From assembly GCA_963762145.1 (NCBI GenBank), contig CAVXJS010000009.1, positions 576,001 through 640,000 of the forward strand: 64,000 nt of DNA. Direction: 5' to 3'. Source of the stretch: an uncultured Candidatus Rokubacteria bacterium. GTDB taxonomy: Bacteria > Methylomirabilota > Methylomirabilia > Rokubacteriales > CSP1-6. This document shows, piece after piece, positions 24,547-35,291 of this stretch. The notes under the pieces were generated by a model that saw nothing but the letters and a program-made list of their open reading frames with translations, ran no database searches and was not told the origin of the DNA. Position 1 is the first letter of the stretch. Each line of letters starts with the position of its first letter. Position numbers and translations under genes: made by a program.

Positions 24547-25406
24547 GGAGCGGGCGTGGGGGCTCGGCCGCTGAAGAAGGCGAGGATGCGTCGGAGGGTG
24601 GCCCGCAGCTCCCGCCGCTCCACGACCAGGTCGAGCTGGCCGTGCTCGAGCAGGAACTCCGAGCGCTGGAACCCATCGGGGAGCGGCTGGCGGATGGTCT
24701 CCGCGATCACCCGCGGCCCGGCGAAGCCGATGAGCGCGCGCGGCTCGGCCAGGATGAGGTCGCCCAGCATCGCGAAGCTGGCCGTCACCCCGCCGGTGGT
24801 GGGATCGGTGAGGAGCGAGATGTAGGGAATGCGCTCGGCGTCGAGGCGCTGGAGCGCGGCCGACGTCTTGGCCATCTGCATCAGCGAGAGGATCCCCTCC
24901 TGCATGCGGGCTCCGCCCGAGGCGGAGATGATGAGGAGCGGGATGCGCTTCAGCAGGGCCAGCTCGATCGTGCGCGTGAGCTTCTCGCCCACCACCGACG
25001 CCATGCTGCCGCCGAGGAACGCGAACTCGAAGACCGCGATCGCGACCGGGTAGCCCCCGATGCGGGCGGTGCCGGTGACCACCGCCTCGCCCGCGTCGGT
25101 CTTGCTGCGCGCGGCCTTCAGGCGGTCGGTGTACTTCTTGGTGTCCTTGAAGTTGAGCGGGTCCTTCGAGCGCAGGCCCGCCTCGCGCTCCTCGAAGGAG
25201 CCGTCGTCGGCGACCAGCGCGATGCGTTCACGCGCGGAGATGCGAAACGGGTATCCGCACTTGGGGCAGACCCGGCCGGCGCGCTCCACCTCGGCCCGGT
25301 AGACGATCTCCTTGCACGAGTCGCACTTGACCCACAGGCCCTCGGCGATGACGACCTTCTTCGGGCGCTCGTCCTCTCCATCTTTCTTTTTCCAGAACCA
25401 GGCCAT
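24543..25406 (-). CDS. accD: Acetyl-CoA carboxylase carboxyltransferase beta subunit
   Basis: Zn finger CDSC..CPKC, GGSMASVVGEK, SGGARMQEG, PTTGGVTAS. Confidence 0.95.
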   Translation of the reverse strand: MAWFWKKKDGEDERPKKVVIAEGLWVKCDSCKEIVYRAEVERAGRVCPKCGYPFRISARERIALVADDGSFEEREAGLRSKDPLNFKDTKKYTDRLKAARSKTDAGEAVVTGTARIGGYPVAIAVFEFAFLGGSMASVVGEKLTRTIELALLKRIPLLIISASGGARMQEGILSLMQMAKTSAALQRLDAERIPYISLLTDPTTGGVTASFAMLGDLILAEPRALIGFAGPRVIAETIRQPLPDGFQRSEFLLEHGQLDLVVERRELRATLRRILAFFSGRAPTPAP

Positions 25407-25424
25407 GGTCAGCCGGTCACAGAC

Positions 25425-25523
25425 GGTTGTCCGCCGAACGCGGAATGTCCGCGGACTGGGGGAGTGCGGGGGCCATTTCTGGGCCCCCGCATTTCAAAAG
25501 AGAAGCGGATCCGATCGACAGCC
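25425..25523. repeat. ~100 bp MITE/REP-like element, family A copy 2
   Basis: GGTTGTCCGCCGA...GACTGGGGGAGTGCGGGGGCCATTTCTGGGCCCCCGCAT...TCGACAGCC, between trpA and accD. Confidence 0.7.
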
Positions 25524-25548
25524 GGCCCCCGGGCTGATCCGACCTTAC

Positions 25549-26382
25549 TCACGAAACCCTCCGAAGGGGCGCCTTCAGCGACGCGATGAAGTCTCCCACG
25601 CGCTCGAGAAGCTCCGCCGAGCTGCCGTACCGCTCGACCAGGCGCACGATGGCGGAGCCCACGATGACGCCGTCGGCGGCGCGGCCCACCTCGGCCGCCT
25701 GCTCGGGGGTGCTGATGCCGAAGCCCACGCAGATGGGTTTGGTCGTGATGTTGCGGAGGGCGCGGAGCTGCTGGGCGAGCTCGGGGGCGAGCGTGTTGCG
25801 CTCGCCGGTGACCCCGGTGAGGGACACCATGTAGATGAAGCCCTGGCTGGCGCGGGCGATCTTGCGCATCCGGTCCGGGGTGGAGGTGGGGGCGACCAGC
25901 TGCACGACGTCGAGGCCGGCCGGCTCCGCCTCCGCGCGCAGGGGGGCCGCTTCCTCCGCTGGCACGTCGGCCACGATCACCCCGTCGATGCCCGCCTCCA
26001 CCGCGGTGCGGCAGAAGGCCTTGAGCCCGAAGGCGAGGACCGGGTTGTAGTAGGTCAGGAAGACCAGCGGCACCGACACCTCGCCCCGCATCTCGCGCAC
26101 CAGCTCGAGCACGCGCGGCAGGGTCACCCCCGCGGCGAACGCGCGCTGGGTGGCCCGCTGGATGACCGGGCCGTCCGCGAGCGGATCCGAGAACGGGATG
26201 CCCAGCTCGATGACGTCGGCGCCGCGCCGGGCCGCCTCGACGACCAGCCGCCGCGTCATCGCGAGCGACGGATCGCCCGCGGTGAAGTAGGGGACGAGCG
26301 CGCGCTCCCCGCGCGCCCGGAGCGCCGCGAAGGTGGCGGCGAGCCGCGAGGCCGGACGCGGCGTGGCGCCCGCGCGCGTCAT
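25549..26382 (-). CDS. trpA: Tryptophan synthase alpha chain
   Basis: [45 protein letters not shown]. Confidence 0.96.
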   Translation of the reverse strand: MTRAGATPRPASRLAATFAALRARGERALVPYFTAGDPSLAMTRRLVVEAARRGADVIELGIPFSDPLADGPVIQRATQRAFAAGVTLPRVLELVREMRGEVSVPLVFLTYYNPVLAFGLKAFCRTAVEAGIDGVIVADVPAEEAAPLRAEAEPAGLDVVQLVAPTSTPDRMRKIARASQGFIYMVSLTGVTGERNTLAPELAQQLRALRNITTKPICVGFGISTPEQAAEVGRAADGVIVGSAIVRLVERYGSSAELLERVGDFIASLKAPLRRVS

Positions 26383-27617
26383 CGGTGGCCGCCGTGCCCG
26401 TTGCCGACCGCGCCGTCGAGCGCTTGGGCCACCGTGTGCACGTCCTTGTCGCCCCGGCCCGAGAGCCCGATCAGCACGCTCTGGCTCTTCTTCATCCGTG
26501 CGGCCGCCCGCATCGCGTGGGCCACCGCGTGGGAGGACTCGAGCGCGGGCATGATGCCCTCGAGCTTCGTGAGGGCCTTGAACCCCTCGAGCGCTTCCTG
26601 GTCGGTCACCGACACGTACTCGAACCGGCCCAGGTCCTTGTAGTACGAGTGCTCGGGCCCCACTCCCGGGTAGTCGAGACCGGCCGAGATCGAGTGGGCC
26701 TCCGCGACCTGGCCGTCGTCGTTCTGGAGCACGTAGCTCATGCTCCCGTGGAGCACGCCGACCGCGCCCGAGGTCAGCGACGCCCCGTGCTTGCCGCTCT
26801 TGATCCCGTGGCCGCCGGGCTCCACCCCGACGATGCGCACGCGCCGGTCCTGGATGAACGGCCAGAAGAGGCCCATCGCGTTGGACCCGCCGCCCACGCA
26901 GGCCACGAGGAGATCGGGCAGGCGGCCGATGATCCGGCGCGACTGCGCGCGCGCCTCGTCGCCGATCACGCGCTGGAAGTCGCGCACCAGCATCGGATAC
27001 GGATGGGGACCCATCACCGAGCCGAGCAGGTAGTAGGTCGTCCGCACGTTGGTGACCCAGTCGCGCAGCGCCTCGTTGACCGCGTCCTTGAGCGTCTTCG
27101 AGCCGCTCTCCACCGGGATCACCCGCGCCCCCAGCAGCTTCATGCGGAAGACGTTGAGGGCCTGGCGCTCCACGTCCACGCTGCCCATGTAGACCTCGCA
27201 GTCGAGGCCCAGCAGTGCGGCCGCGGTGGCGGACGCCACCCCGTGCTGCCCCGCGCCAGTCTCCGCGATGATCCGCTGCTTGCCCATTCGCTGGGCGAGC
27301 AGGGCCTGGCCGAGCACGTTATTGATCTTGTGGGCGCCGGTGTGGCAGAGATCCTCGCGCTTGAGGTAGATCCGCGCGCCGCCCACGTGGCGGGTCAGCC
27401 GTTCCGCGAAGTAGAGCGGGGTCGGCCGGCCGGCGTAGCTCGCCAGCAGCCCGCGCAGCCGCCGGCGGAAGCGGGTGTCCGCGCGCGCGGCACGGTACGC
27501 GCGATCGAGGTCCACCAGCGGCTGCATCAGCGTCTCCGGCACGAAGCGCCCGCCGAAGCGGCCGAAGTGACCGTTGGCGTCCGGGAGCGAGGCGGGCCGC
27601 AGGCGGGTTCGACTCAT
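26379..27617 (-). CDS. trpB: Tryptophan synthase beta chain
   Basis: [46 protein letters not shown]. Confidence 0.97.
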   Translation of the reverse strand: MSRTRLRPASLPDANGHFGRFGGRFVPETLMQPLVDLDRAYRAARADTRFRRRLRGLLASYAGRPTPLYFAERLTRHVGGARIYLKREDLCHTGAHKINNVLGQALLAQRMGKQRIIAETGAGQHGVASATAAALLGLDCEVYMGSVDVERQALNVFRMKLLGARVIPVESGSKTLKDAVNEALRDWVTNVRTTYYLLGSVMGPHPYPMLVRDFQRVIGDEARAQSRRIIGRLPDLLVACVGGGSNAMGLFWPFIQDRRVRIVGVEPGGHGIKSGKHGASLTSGAVGVLHGSMSYVLQNDDGQVAEAHSISAGLDYPGVGPEHSYYKDLGRFEYVSVTDQEALEGFKALTKLEGIMPALESSHAVAHAMRAAARMKKSQSVLIGLSGRGDKDVHTVAQALDGAVGNGHGGHR

Positions 27618-28234
27618 CGGGCAGCCGCCGCCGCGCGGACCTCGGTCACGAAGCGAAGCACCCGCGCCTCGTCCTTGCGCCCCGGGCGGGCCTCCACCCC
27701 GGAGTTGACGTCCACGCCGTACGGACGGACACGGCGTACTGCCTCACCCACGTTGTCGGGGGTGAGGCCGGCCGAGAGCAGCACCGGATGCCGGCGGGCC
27801 ATCTCCGCGGCCACGTCCCACGGAATCATCGGGCGGGCTTCCCCTTCGCTCCAGCGCGCGGGCGAGTCGAGGAGGAACGCGGTCACGCGGTAGGCGGCCA
27901 TCCGGTCGAGATCGGCGGGACCCGCCACCTTCAGCACCTTGATCACGGGCAGGCGGAAATCGAGCAGGTCCTCGGGGGTCTCGTCGCCGTGGAACTGGAG
28001 CGCGGCCAGCCCGCACTGCTCGGCCACCGCCTTCACGTGGCCCGCGGCGTGGTTCCAGAACACGCCCACCGGCGTCACGAACGGCGGCAGCACCGCTACG
28101 ATCCGGGCCGCCGTCTCGGGGGTGACGCAGCGCGGGGTGCCCTCCACGAAGATGAACCCGAGCGCGTCGGCCCCCGCCGCGACGCAGAGCCGGGCGTCGT
28201 CGAGATTGGTGATGCCGCAGATCTTGATCCTCAT
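27614..28234 (-). CDS. trpF: Phosphoribosylanthranilate isomerase
   Basis: [27 protein letters not shown]. Confidence 0.95.
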   Translation of the reverse strand: MRIKICGITNLDDARLCVAAGADALGFIFVEGTPRCVTPETAARIVAVLPPFVTPVGVFWNHAAGHVKAVAEQCGLAALQFHGDETPEDLLDFRLPVIKVLKVAGPADLDRMAAYRVTAFLLDSPARWSEGEARPMIPWDVAAEMARRHPVLLSAGLTPDNVGEAVRRVRPYGVDVNSGVEARPGRKDEARVLRFVTEVRAAAAAR

Positions 28235-29016
28235 CGCAGCGACAGCTCGCGGACCTTCGCGGCCACGTCGGCGGCCCGCAGGAGGGTCTCCCCCACCAGC
28301 ACCGCGCGGGCGCCCGCCGCGACGACCCGGGCCACGTCGGCGCCGCTCGCGAGCCCGCTCTCGCTCACCGCCAGCGGGCCGGGCGGGATCTGGGGCAGGA
28401 GGCGGAGCGAGGGCTCGAGGCTCGTGGTGAGCGTCTGGAGGTCGCGGTTGTTGACGCCGATCACCGGCGCGCCGAGCCGCAGGGCGCGATCGAGCTCGCC
28501 CGCGGTATGCACCTCGACGAGGGTGGCGAGCCCCGCGCCTTTGGCCGCGTCGAGCAGGTCGCGCAGGAGCGCGTCCTCGAGCGCGGCCACGATCAGCAGC
28601 ACCGCGTCGGCGCCGGCGGCGCGCGCCTCCCAGAGCTGGTACTCGTCCACGATGAACTCCTTGCGGAGCACGGGGACGGAGACGGCCGCCCGCACGTTGA
28701 CCAGATCGTCGAGGCTGCCGTGGAAGTACCGCGCGTCCGTGAGCACCGACACCGCCGCCGCCCCGGCTCCCGCGTAGATCCCCGCCTGGGCCACCGGATC
28801 GAGATCGGCGCGGAAGAGCCCCTGGGACGGCGAGCCCCGCTTGACCTCGGCGATGAGGCGCACCCGCTCGCCCGTCGCGGGGCGCAGGGCCGCTTCGAAG
28901 TCGCGGGTGGGGGCGAGCCCGCGGCAGGCCGCGATCAGCTCCGGAAGGGGGCGGCGAGGCTTGAGCTCGGCCAGCTCCGAGCGCTTGTGGGCGACGATCT
29001 CATCGAGGACGCCCAT
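28231..29016 (-). CDS. trpC: Indole-3-glycerol phosphate synthase
   Basis: IAEVKRGSPS, SVLTD, PVLRKEF, LVEVH, GVNNRDL, VSESG. Confidence 0.95.
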   Translation of the reverse strand: MGVLDEIVAHKRSELAELKPRRPLPELIAACRGLAPTRDFEAALRPATGERVRLIAEVKRGSPSQGLFRADLDPVAQAGIYAGAGAAAVSVLTDARYFHGSLDDLVNVRAAVSVPVLRKEFIVDEYQLWEARAAGADAVLLIVAALEDALLRDLLDAAKGAGLATLVEVHTAGELDRALRLGAPVIGVNNRDLQTLTTSLEPSLRLLPQIPPGPLAVSESGLASGADVARVVAAGARAVLVGETLLRAADVAAKVRELSLR

Positions 29017-29020
29017 TCGG

Positions 29021-30235
29021 CTAGTAGTCGCCGCGCAGCCCGTGATCCCGCCCCGTGATGTCGATGCGCGCCATCTGCTCCATCACGTATTCGCGCAGCG
29101 TGCGCGGCGGCGGCAGGTCGCGCACGAGGCGGCCCCCCGCGATCAGCGGCTTCAGCAGCGCCTCCGCGGGCCGCCCGTCGGGACCCACCGGCGCAGGCGC
29201 ACCGGCGGGGAGCACCATGTTCTGCACCGCGCCCGGGAATCGCCACACCTGCTTGGCCCCGGAGCGCTTGCCGCGCTTGGCCATCGGCTGGCCCTCGATC
29301 TCCATGATGTCGAGCGCGAAGGAGAGCACCGGCGCGTTCGCGATCGAGGTGCCGACCCCGTAGCCGTCCACCAGCGGGTTCAGCCGGAGGATCTCGTACT
29401 CGTCGATGCCGCCCGAGGCCAGGATCTTGACGTGGTTGAAGCCGCGCAGGTCGAGCTCCCAGCGCACCTCCTCGAGGATCTTGAAGAAGTCGCCGCGCCG
29501 CGAGGACGGCGTGTCCAGGCGCACCGCGTAGAGATCGCGGCCGAGAGCCTTGGCCACCCGGAGCGCCTCGAACTTCTCGTCCTGGAGCGTGTCGATCAGC
29601 GCGACCCGCCGCACCTTGGGGTCGATGACGTCGTGGAAGGCCTGGAGCGCCTCCACCGTGTCGCCGAAGAGCAGCACCAGCGCGTGCGGGATGGTGCCGG
29701 TGGGATCGGCGTCGATCAGCTCGGCGGACTTGGTGACCGCGACCCCGTCGCAGCCGCCCACGAAGGCGTTACGCTCGATCATCGGGGCCAGCGCCGGGTG
29801 CATGCGCCGGGCCCCGAAGGAGATCACCTGACGCTCGCCCGCGGCGCGCTTGCAGCGCGCGGCCTTGGTGGCGATGCCGGAGGCCTGGCAGAGGAACCCG
29901 AGGAGCGCGGTCTCGTACTTGGCCCACTCGGGGTAGATGCCCTCGATGAGGAGCACGGTGTCCTCGGGACCGAACAGGGTGCCCTCGTCCATGGCCCACA
30001 CGTCGACGGGCAGGCCTTCCAGCAGCGCGGCCGCTTCCTCGATGCCCGCGAGGACGCCGAAGGTCCAGTCGGTCTGCGGGAAGCTCTTGAGCCGGATCTC
30101 TGCCTTGACCCGCTTGTTGACACCCTTCGCGCGCAGGATCTCGATCGTGCGCTCGAAGTAGACGTCCGAGACCTCGCCCGCCTTGATCTCGGGTTCGGAG
30201 GCCGTGTGGAAGGCGCGCTTGGGCTGGCTCTTCAT
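29021..30235 (-). CDS. pncB: Nicotinate phosphoribosyltransferase, archaeal/Thermoplasma-like short type
   Basis: DVYF, SFGARRMHP, GTIPHAL, LIDT, VRLDTPSSRRG, SGGIDE, GVGTSI, KRGK. Confidence 0.85.
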   Translation of the reverse strand: MKSQPKRAFHTASEPEIKAGEVSDVYFERTIEILRAKGVNKRVKAEIRLKSFPQTDWTFGVLAGIEEAAALLEGLPVDVWAMDEGTLFGPEDTVLLIEGIYPEWAKYETALLGFLCQASGIATKAARCKRAAGERQVISFGARRMHPALAPMIERNAFVGGCDGVAVTKSAELIDADPTGTIPHALVLLFGDTVEALQAFHDVIDPKVRRVALIDTLQDEKFEALRVAKALGRDLYAVRLDTPSSRRGDFFKILEEVRWELDLRGFNHVKILASGGIDEYEILRLNPLVDGYGVGTSIANAPVLSFALDIMEIEGQPMAKRGKRSGAKQVWRFPGAVQNMVLPAGAPAPVGPDGRPAEALLKPLIAGGRLVRDLPPPRTLREYVMEQMARIDITGRDHGLRGDY

Positions 30236-30276
30236 GGGGACGCAGACACCTCCCGGCCCGGCAATAAAGTGCCCGG

Positions 30277-30305
30277 ATTGTCCCAGAAAGCCCCCGGGAA
30301 GTCAA
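30277..30305 (-). promoter_or_regulatory. Sigma-70-type promoter upstream of the pncB-trp operon
   Basis: Minus strand TTGACT-17 bp-GACAAT with an extended -10 TG. Confidence 0.6.
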
Positions 30306-30339
30306 AGAACTGCCCCCCAAGGTCTTCCCCCACCGGGGG

Positions 30340-31203
30340 TTACAGCTTGAGGGTCTTGAGGTAGGCGCGGAAGGCGTCGGCCAGGTCCGGCCGGGCCAGG
30401 GCGAACTCCACCGTGGCCTTGAGGAAGCCGAGCTTCTCGCCGGTGTCGTGACGCTTGCCCTCGAACTCGACGGCGTAGATGGGCCGCCGGCCCCGCAGCG
30501 CACGGAGCCCGTTCGTGAGCTGGATCTCGCCGCGGGAGTCGGGCACGGTCTCCGCCAGGATCGGGAAGAGATCGGGGGTGAGCACGTAGCGCCCGATGAT
30601 GGCCAGGTCGGAGGGCGCGTCCCGCGGGTCCGGCTTCTCCACCAGATCCTGGACCTCGTAGACGTTCGCCCCGAGGCCGCGCGCCGCGATCACGCCATAG
30701 CGGCCGATCTCTTCCCGCGGGATGCGCATGACCGCGAGCACCGGGCCGTCGTGGCGCTCGTAGACGTCGAGGAGCTGGCGCATGCAGGGCACGCGCGCGG
30801 TGATGATGTCGTCGCCCAGGAAGACGCCGAAGGGCTCGTCGCCCACGAGGGGCCGGGCGCAGAGGATCGCGTGGCCGAGCCCGAGCGGCTCCTTCTGCCG
30901 CACGTAGGAGACCGACGCGAGCTCGGAGATCGTCTTGATCTGCGCGAGCTCCTCGGTCTTACCGCGGTCGTTCAGGTAGTACTCGAGCTCGAACGCGGCG
31001 TCGAAGTGATCCTCGATCGCGCGCTTGTTCCGGCCGGTGACGAGGATGATCTCCTCGAGCCCGGAGGCCACCGCCTCCTCCACCACGTACTGGATGGTGG
31101 GCTTGTCCACCAGCGGCAGCATCTCCTTCGGCTGGGCCTTGGTGGCGGGCAGGAAGCGGGTGCCGAGACCGGCGGCGGGGAAGACGGCCTTCCTGACTTT
31201 CAT
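30340..31203 (-). CDS. galU: UTP--glucose-1-phosphate uridylyltransferase
   Basis: KAVFPAAGLGTRFLPATKAQPKEMLP, RQKEPLGLGHA, VEKP, GEIQLT; 287 aa. Confidence 0.95.
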   Translation of the reverse strand: MKVRKAVFPAAGLGTRFLPATKAQPKEMLPLVDKPTIQYVVEEAVASGLEEIILVTGRNKRAIEDHFDAAFELEYYLNDRGKTEELAQIKTISELASVSYVRQKEPLGLGHAILCARPLVGDEPFGVFLGDDIITARVPCMRQLLDVYERHDGPVLAVMRIPREEIGRYGVIAARGLGANVYEVQDLVEKPDPRDAPSDLAIIGRYVLTPDLFPILAETVPDSRGEIQLTNGLRALRGRRPIYAVEFEGKRHDTGEKLGFLKATVEFALARPDLADAFRAYLKTLKL

Positions 31204-31241
31204 CGAGTCCGACGATACACGAGGCGCGCCGGAAAGGGAAC

Positions 31242-32636
31242 TCAGCCCGCAGGCGGGGCATCCTCCGGCGTGCGCACCTGGATGCCCAGCTTCTTGATGC
31301 GGTACCAGAGGCTGCGCTCCGAGACGCCCAGGACCTTGGCCGCGCGGGCCTGCACGCCCTGGGTCCGCGTGAGCGCGTCCAGGATCATGCGGCGCTCCCA
31401 GTCCTCGAGCGCCTCGTCGAGCGAGCCGGTCAGCACCGGGGCGCTCTCCGCCGCGGCGGGTCGGGCCTGGGCCGCGCGCTGGATCGCGGGCGGCAGGTGC
31501 TCGGGGCTGATCACCCCGTCGCTCATCACCATCGCGCCCTCGAGCACGTGCTGCATCTCGCGCACGTTGCCCGGCCACGCGTAGGTCCAGAGGCAGCGCA
31601 GGGCCTCGGGCGCCAGGATGGCGGGCGCGCGATTCAGCCGCTTGGCCGCGCGCTCCAGCAGGTGGGTGGCCAGGAGCGGCAGGTCGTCCAGGCGCTCGCG
31701 CAGCGGGGGCAGGTGCATGCCCACCCCCTGGAGGCGGTAGAACAGATCCTGGCGGAACGTCCCCTGCGCCACCGCGGTCTCGAGGTTCCGGTGGGTGGCC
31801 GCGATCACCCGCACGTCGGCCGGGATGGTGCGCGTGCCGCCGACCCGCTCGAACTCGCGCTCCTGCAGCACGCGCAGGATCTTGGCCTGCATGGCCAGCG
31901 GCATGTCGCCGATCTCGTCCAGGAAGATCGTGCCCTCCTTCGCGAGCTCGAAGCGGCCGGGGCGCGACCGCACCGCGCCGGTGAAGGCCCCCCGCTCGTG
32001 GCCGAACAGCTCGGACTCGAGGAGGCCCTCGGGAATGGCCGCGCAGTTGACGGGCACGAACGGCCCGTCCTTCCGGGAGCTGAGGCGGTGGATCCCCCGC
32101 GCCAGCACTTCCTTTCCGGTGCCGCTCTCGCCCAGGATCAGCACGGTGAGGTCGGTGGGGGCGGCGCGATGGGCCATCTCCACCACGCGGCGGAGCGCCT
32201 CGCTCTGCCCGATCAGCCCCTCGACCCCGCTCGGCTGGCTCTCGCGCAGGACCTTGATCTGCTTCTGCAGCCGCCGCCGGTCGAGGGCGCGCGCGACGAC
32301 GACCTGGAACTCGTCCATCTTGAGGGGCTTGGTGAAGAAGTCGTAGGCCCCGCGCGTGATCGCGTCCATCGCGGTCTGACGCGTGCCGTGCGCGGTCATG
32401 ACGATGATGGGCGTGTCCGGCGCAAGCTCCCGGCACTTCGGGATCGCGTCGAGCCCGTCCATGTCGGGCAGCCGGACATCCAGGAGAATGAGGTCGTAGG
32501 GGGTTGCCTTGAGCTTGTCGAGCAGGGCGCCCGCGGTGGGGGCGACCTCGGGCTCGTAGCGCTGGCGGCGCAGGGCCTCACGCAGAACGAACGCGAGATC
32601 CTCGTCGTCCTCCGCGATGACGATGCGCTCGCTCAT
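31242..32636 (-). CDS. Sigma-54-dependent response regulator (NtrC/AtoC family)
   Basis: REC with [34 protein letters not shown], Fis HTH. Confidence 0.93.
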   Translation of the reverse strand: MSERIVIAEDDEDLAFVLREALRRQRYEPEVAPTAGALLDKLKATPYDLILLDVRLPDMDGLDAIPKCRELAPDTPIIVMTAHGTRQTAMDAITRGAYDFFTKPLKMDEFQVVVARALDRRRLQKQIKVLRESQPSGVEGLIGQSEALRRVVEMAHRAAPTDLTVLILGESGTGKEVLARGIHRLSSRKDGPFVPVNCAAIPEGLLESELFGHERGAFTGAVRSRPGRFELAKEGTIFLDEIGDMPLAMQAKILRVLQEREFERVGGTRTIPADVRVIAATHRNLETAVAQGTFRQDLFYRLQGVGMHLPPLRERLDDLPLLATHLLERAAKRLNRAPAILAPEALRCLWTYAWPGNVREMQHVLEGAMVMSDGVISPEHLPPAIQRAAQARPAAAESAPVLTGSLDEALEDWERRMILDALTRTQGVQARAAKVLGVSERSLWYRIKKLGIQVRTPEDAPPAG

Positions 32637-32658
32637 GGCGCGAGGAACACCGGGAAGC

Positions 32659-33069
32659 TCAGAACATCCGCCGGGGGCCGAGCTGCGGGTCGAAGCTGCG
32701 CCCGAGCCAGAGCGGCAGCGGTAACCCGGTGTCGAAGCCCCACGTGCTCCTCGGCTCGGTCCGGTAGGTCCAGCTCAGCCCGACGCGCACGAGCCCGCCC
32801 TCCGCCGAGACCTTGATGCTGGCCGGATCCACCTGGATGCCCGCCCGGCGGGCGCTCATCAGCAGGCTGCTCCGCAGGTCGGTCAGGAACTCGGCCGAGT
32901 ACAGGTCGGTGGCGCTGCGCTGCCGCTGCCGCTCCCAGGCGCCCGTGAACGCCTGCTCGGTCAGGTCGTTCGTCTGGAAGTAGGAGTAGATGGCCTGCAT
33001 GCCGTTGTAGCCGACCCACAGGAACAAGGCCACCCAGAAGGAGGCCAGGAGGATCGTGCGGACCCGCAT
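32659..33069 (-). CDS. Small N-terminally anchored hypothetical protein (DUF4845-like)
   Basis: 136 aa from ATG 33069; TM helix then a short alpha/beta domain; TACACT 6 nt upstream; family call tentative. Confidence 0.6.
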   Translation of the reverse strand: MRVRTILLASFWVALFLWVGYNGMQAIYSYFQTNDLTEQAFTGAWERQRQRSATDLYSAEFLTDLRSSLLMSARRAGIQVDPASIKVSAEGGLVRVGLSWTYRTEPRSTWGFDTGLPLPLWLGRSFDPQLGPRRMF

Positions 33070-33130
33070 GTGACGAGTGTAGACGTTTCCCCACGGCGGC
33101 GGCAACTTCCCTTGTGCTAGGCTGGGCTCG

Positions 33131-35245
33131 GTGCGATCCCTCGCCGCCTCCTGGCGCGTCCTCCTCGCAGGGAGCCTGGCCGGCCTGGCCATCGTGGCGC
33201 TGGCCGCCGCCAATCCGCTGAGCTTCTTCGAGATCGCCGAGCTCAAGGCGCTCGACGCGCAGTTCACTCTGCGCGGGCCCCGCGAGCCGGAGTCGCCCAT
33301 CGTGGTGGTCACCATCGACGAGGACTCCTTCGACGGCCTCAACCTGGCCTGGCCGTGGCCGCGGGCGGTCCACGCCAAGTTCCTCGACATCGTGGGCCGC
33401 GGCGAGCCGGTGGCGATCGGCATGGATATCCTGTTCACCGAGCCGTCGTCCCGAGGCCCCGCGGACGACGCCGCGCTGGGCGCCGCAGTGGATCGGGTGC
33501 GCGATCGGATCGTGCTCGCGGCGGCCCTGACCACGGTGGGCGACGCCTCGTTCGTCAAGCAGGCGCTGAACCCGCCGATCCCCGAGATACGGGGCCGGGC
33601 CGCCTTCGGCTCCGCCGACTACGACTCCGACGCCGACGCCTTCGTCCGGCGCGCGACGCTCAAGCGGGACTTCCAGGACCGCGAGTGGGCGGGCTTCGAT
33701 CTCCTGATCTACCGTCTCGGGGAGCGCGCGGGGCTGGCGCGCGGGGCCGCGCCGGTGGGCAGCGAGCTGCTGATCAACTACCGCGGGGGCCCCAACACTT
33801 TCCCGATGATCGCCTATCACCGTGTGGTGACCGGGGAGATTCCGTCGGAGGTCTTCGCGGGAAAGGTGGTGCTGGTGGGCGCCACGACCCCGACCCTGCA
33901 CGACATCTTCCCCACCCCGTTCGCCTCGCAGGCGGGCATGTCGGGGGTCGAGATCCACGCCCAGACGCTCGAGACCCTGTTCCAGGGCATTCCGCTGCGC
34001 CGGGTGCCTCGCTTCCTGGTGCCGGTGCTGGCGGTTCTGGCCGCCGCCGCGGCGGCGTGGACGGCCACCGCGCTCCGGCCCCTGCCCGCCTTCGGCGTGG
34101 TCGGCCTGAGCGTCGGGAGCTATCTGGCGGCCAGCCACGGCGCGTTCGTGTGGGGCCGCTACTGGATGGAGGTGGTGCCGGTGCCGCTGGCGCTCCTGAT
34201 CACCTACGCGGGCACGGTGGCCAAGAACTTCACGCAGGAGCAGCGGGAGAAGCGGCGACTCTCACGCTTCTTCTCGCCCGACGTGGTGGCCGAGATCGTG
34301 CGGCACAAGGACGACGCCAAGCTCGCGGCCAACCGGCGGCGCATGACCGTGCTCTTCTCCGACATCCGCGGGTTCACCTCGATGTCGGAGAAGATGCAGC
34401 CGGAAGAGGTCGTCGCGTTCCTGCGCGAGTACCTCACCGTGATGACCGAGGCGGTGTTCAAGCACGGGGGCACCGTGGACAAGTACATCGGCGACGCCAT
34501 CATGGCGCTCTACAACGTGCCGTTCGAGGCGCCGGACCACGCGCTCCGCGCGGTGCGGACCGCGCTCGAGTTTCAGGAGCGCCTGCAACCGCTGGCCGAG
34601 CGCTTCGCGGCCAAGCACGGCGGCACGCTGGCCTGCGGGGTGGGCATCCATACCGGCGACGCCGTCGTGGGCACCATCGGCTCCGAGCAGCGTCTCGAGT
34701 ACACCGCGATCGGCGACACCATCAACCTGGGCTCGCGACTCGAGGGACTGACCAAGGAGTTCAGCGTGCCCATCATCATCAGCGAGGCCACCCACGCGGA
34801 GGTGCGCGAGCAGTTCGGGGTCCGCGACCTCGGCGAGGTCACGGTCAAGGGCAGGCTCATCCCGGTGAAGATCTACGCGGTGCTCGGCCCCCGGCTCCCG
34901 CAGGCGAGCGCGGTCGGGGCCGGCTCGGGCGCGGCCACGTTCAATTCCCGCTCCGCCCCCCGCCGCACGATGGAGGGCCAGGTGTCCATCTCCGACGGCG
35001 AGCTGACCGTGGTAGCCGAGGCGAGCGATCTGTCCCGCACCGGCATCGCGGTCCACGCGGTGCCCCGCCGGCTCGAGCCCGGAGAGATGGTGTCCCTGCA
35101 GATCACCTTCCGGGCTCACCCCGACGCGCTGCGCGTCGAGCGCGCCGAGGTGATGTGGGCCCGCAAGGACACGGCTGGCCTTCGCTTCCTGGACCTGTCC
35201 CCCGCCGCCCGCGCCACCCTGGAGACGCTCACCACCCACGCCTAG
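33131..35245 (+). CDS. CHASE2 sensor adenylate cyclase with C-terminal PilZ domain
   Basis: CHASE2 (VTIDE, WPWPR, GVEIHA), 3 TM, class III cyclase (FSDIRGFT, DKYIGD, GDTINLGSRLE), PilZ motifs RSAPR and DLSRTG. Confidence 0.88.
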   Translation: MRSLAASWRVLLAGSLAGLAIVALAAANPLSFFEIAELKALDAQFTLRGPREPESPIVVVTIDEDSFDGLNLAWPWPRAVHAKFLDIVGRGEPVAIGMDILFTEPSSRGPADDAALGAAVDRVRDRIVLAAALTTVGDASFVKQALNPPIPEIRGRAAFGSADYDSDADAFVRRATLKRDFQDREWAGFDLLIYRLGERAGLARGAAPVGSELLINYRGGPNTFPMIAYHRVVTGEIPSEVFAGKVVLVGATTPTLHDIFPTPFASQAGMSGVEIHAQTLETLFQGIPLRRVPRFLVPVLAVLAAAAAAWTATALRPLPAFGVVGLSVGSYLAASHGAFVWGRYWMEVVPVPLALLITYAGTVAKNFTQEQREKRRLSRFFSPDVVAEIVRHKDDAKLAANRRRMTVLFSDIRGFTSMSEKMQPEEVVAFLREYLTVMTEAVFKHGGTVDKYIGDAIMALYNVPFEAPDHALRAVRTALEFQERLQPLAERFAAKHGGTLACGVGIHTGDAVVGTIGSEQRLEYTAIGDTINLGSRLEGLTKEFSVPIIISEATHAEVREQFGVRDLGEVTVKGRLIPVKIYAVLGPRLPQASAVGAGSGAATFNSRSAPRRTMEGQVSISDGELTVVAEASDLSRTGIAVHAVPRRLEPGEMVSLQITFRAHPDALRVERAEVMWARKDTAGLRFLDLSPAARATLETLTTHA

Positions 35246-35291
35246 GCGCGCCGCGGAGCGGCGGCGCCCCGCGCCCCGCGACCGAGGGGAG

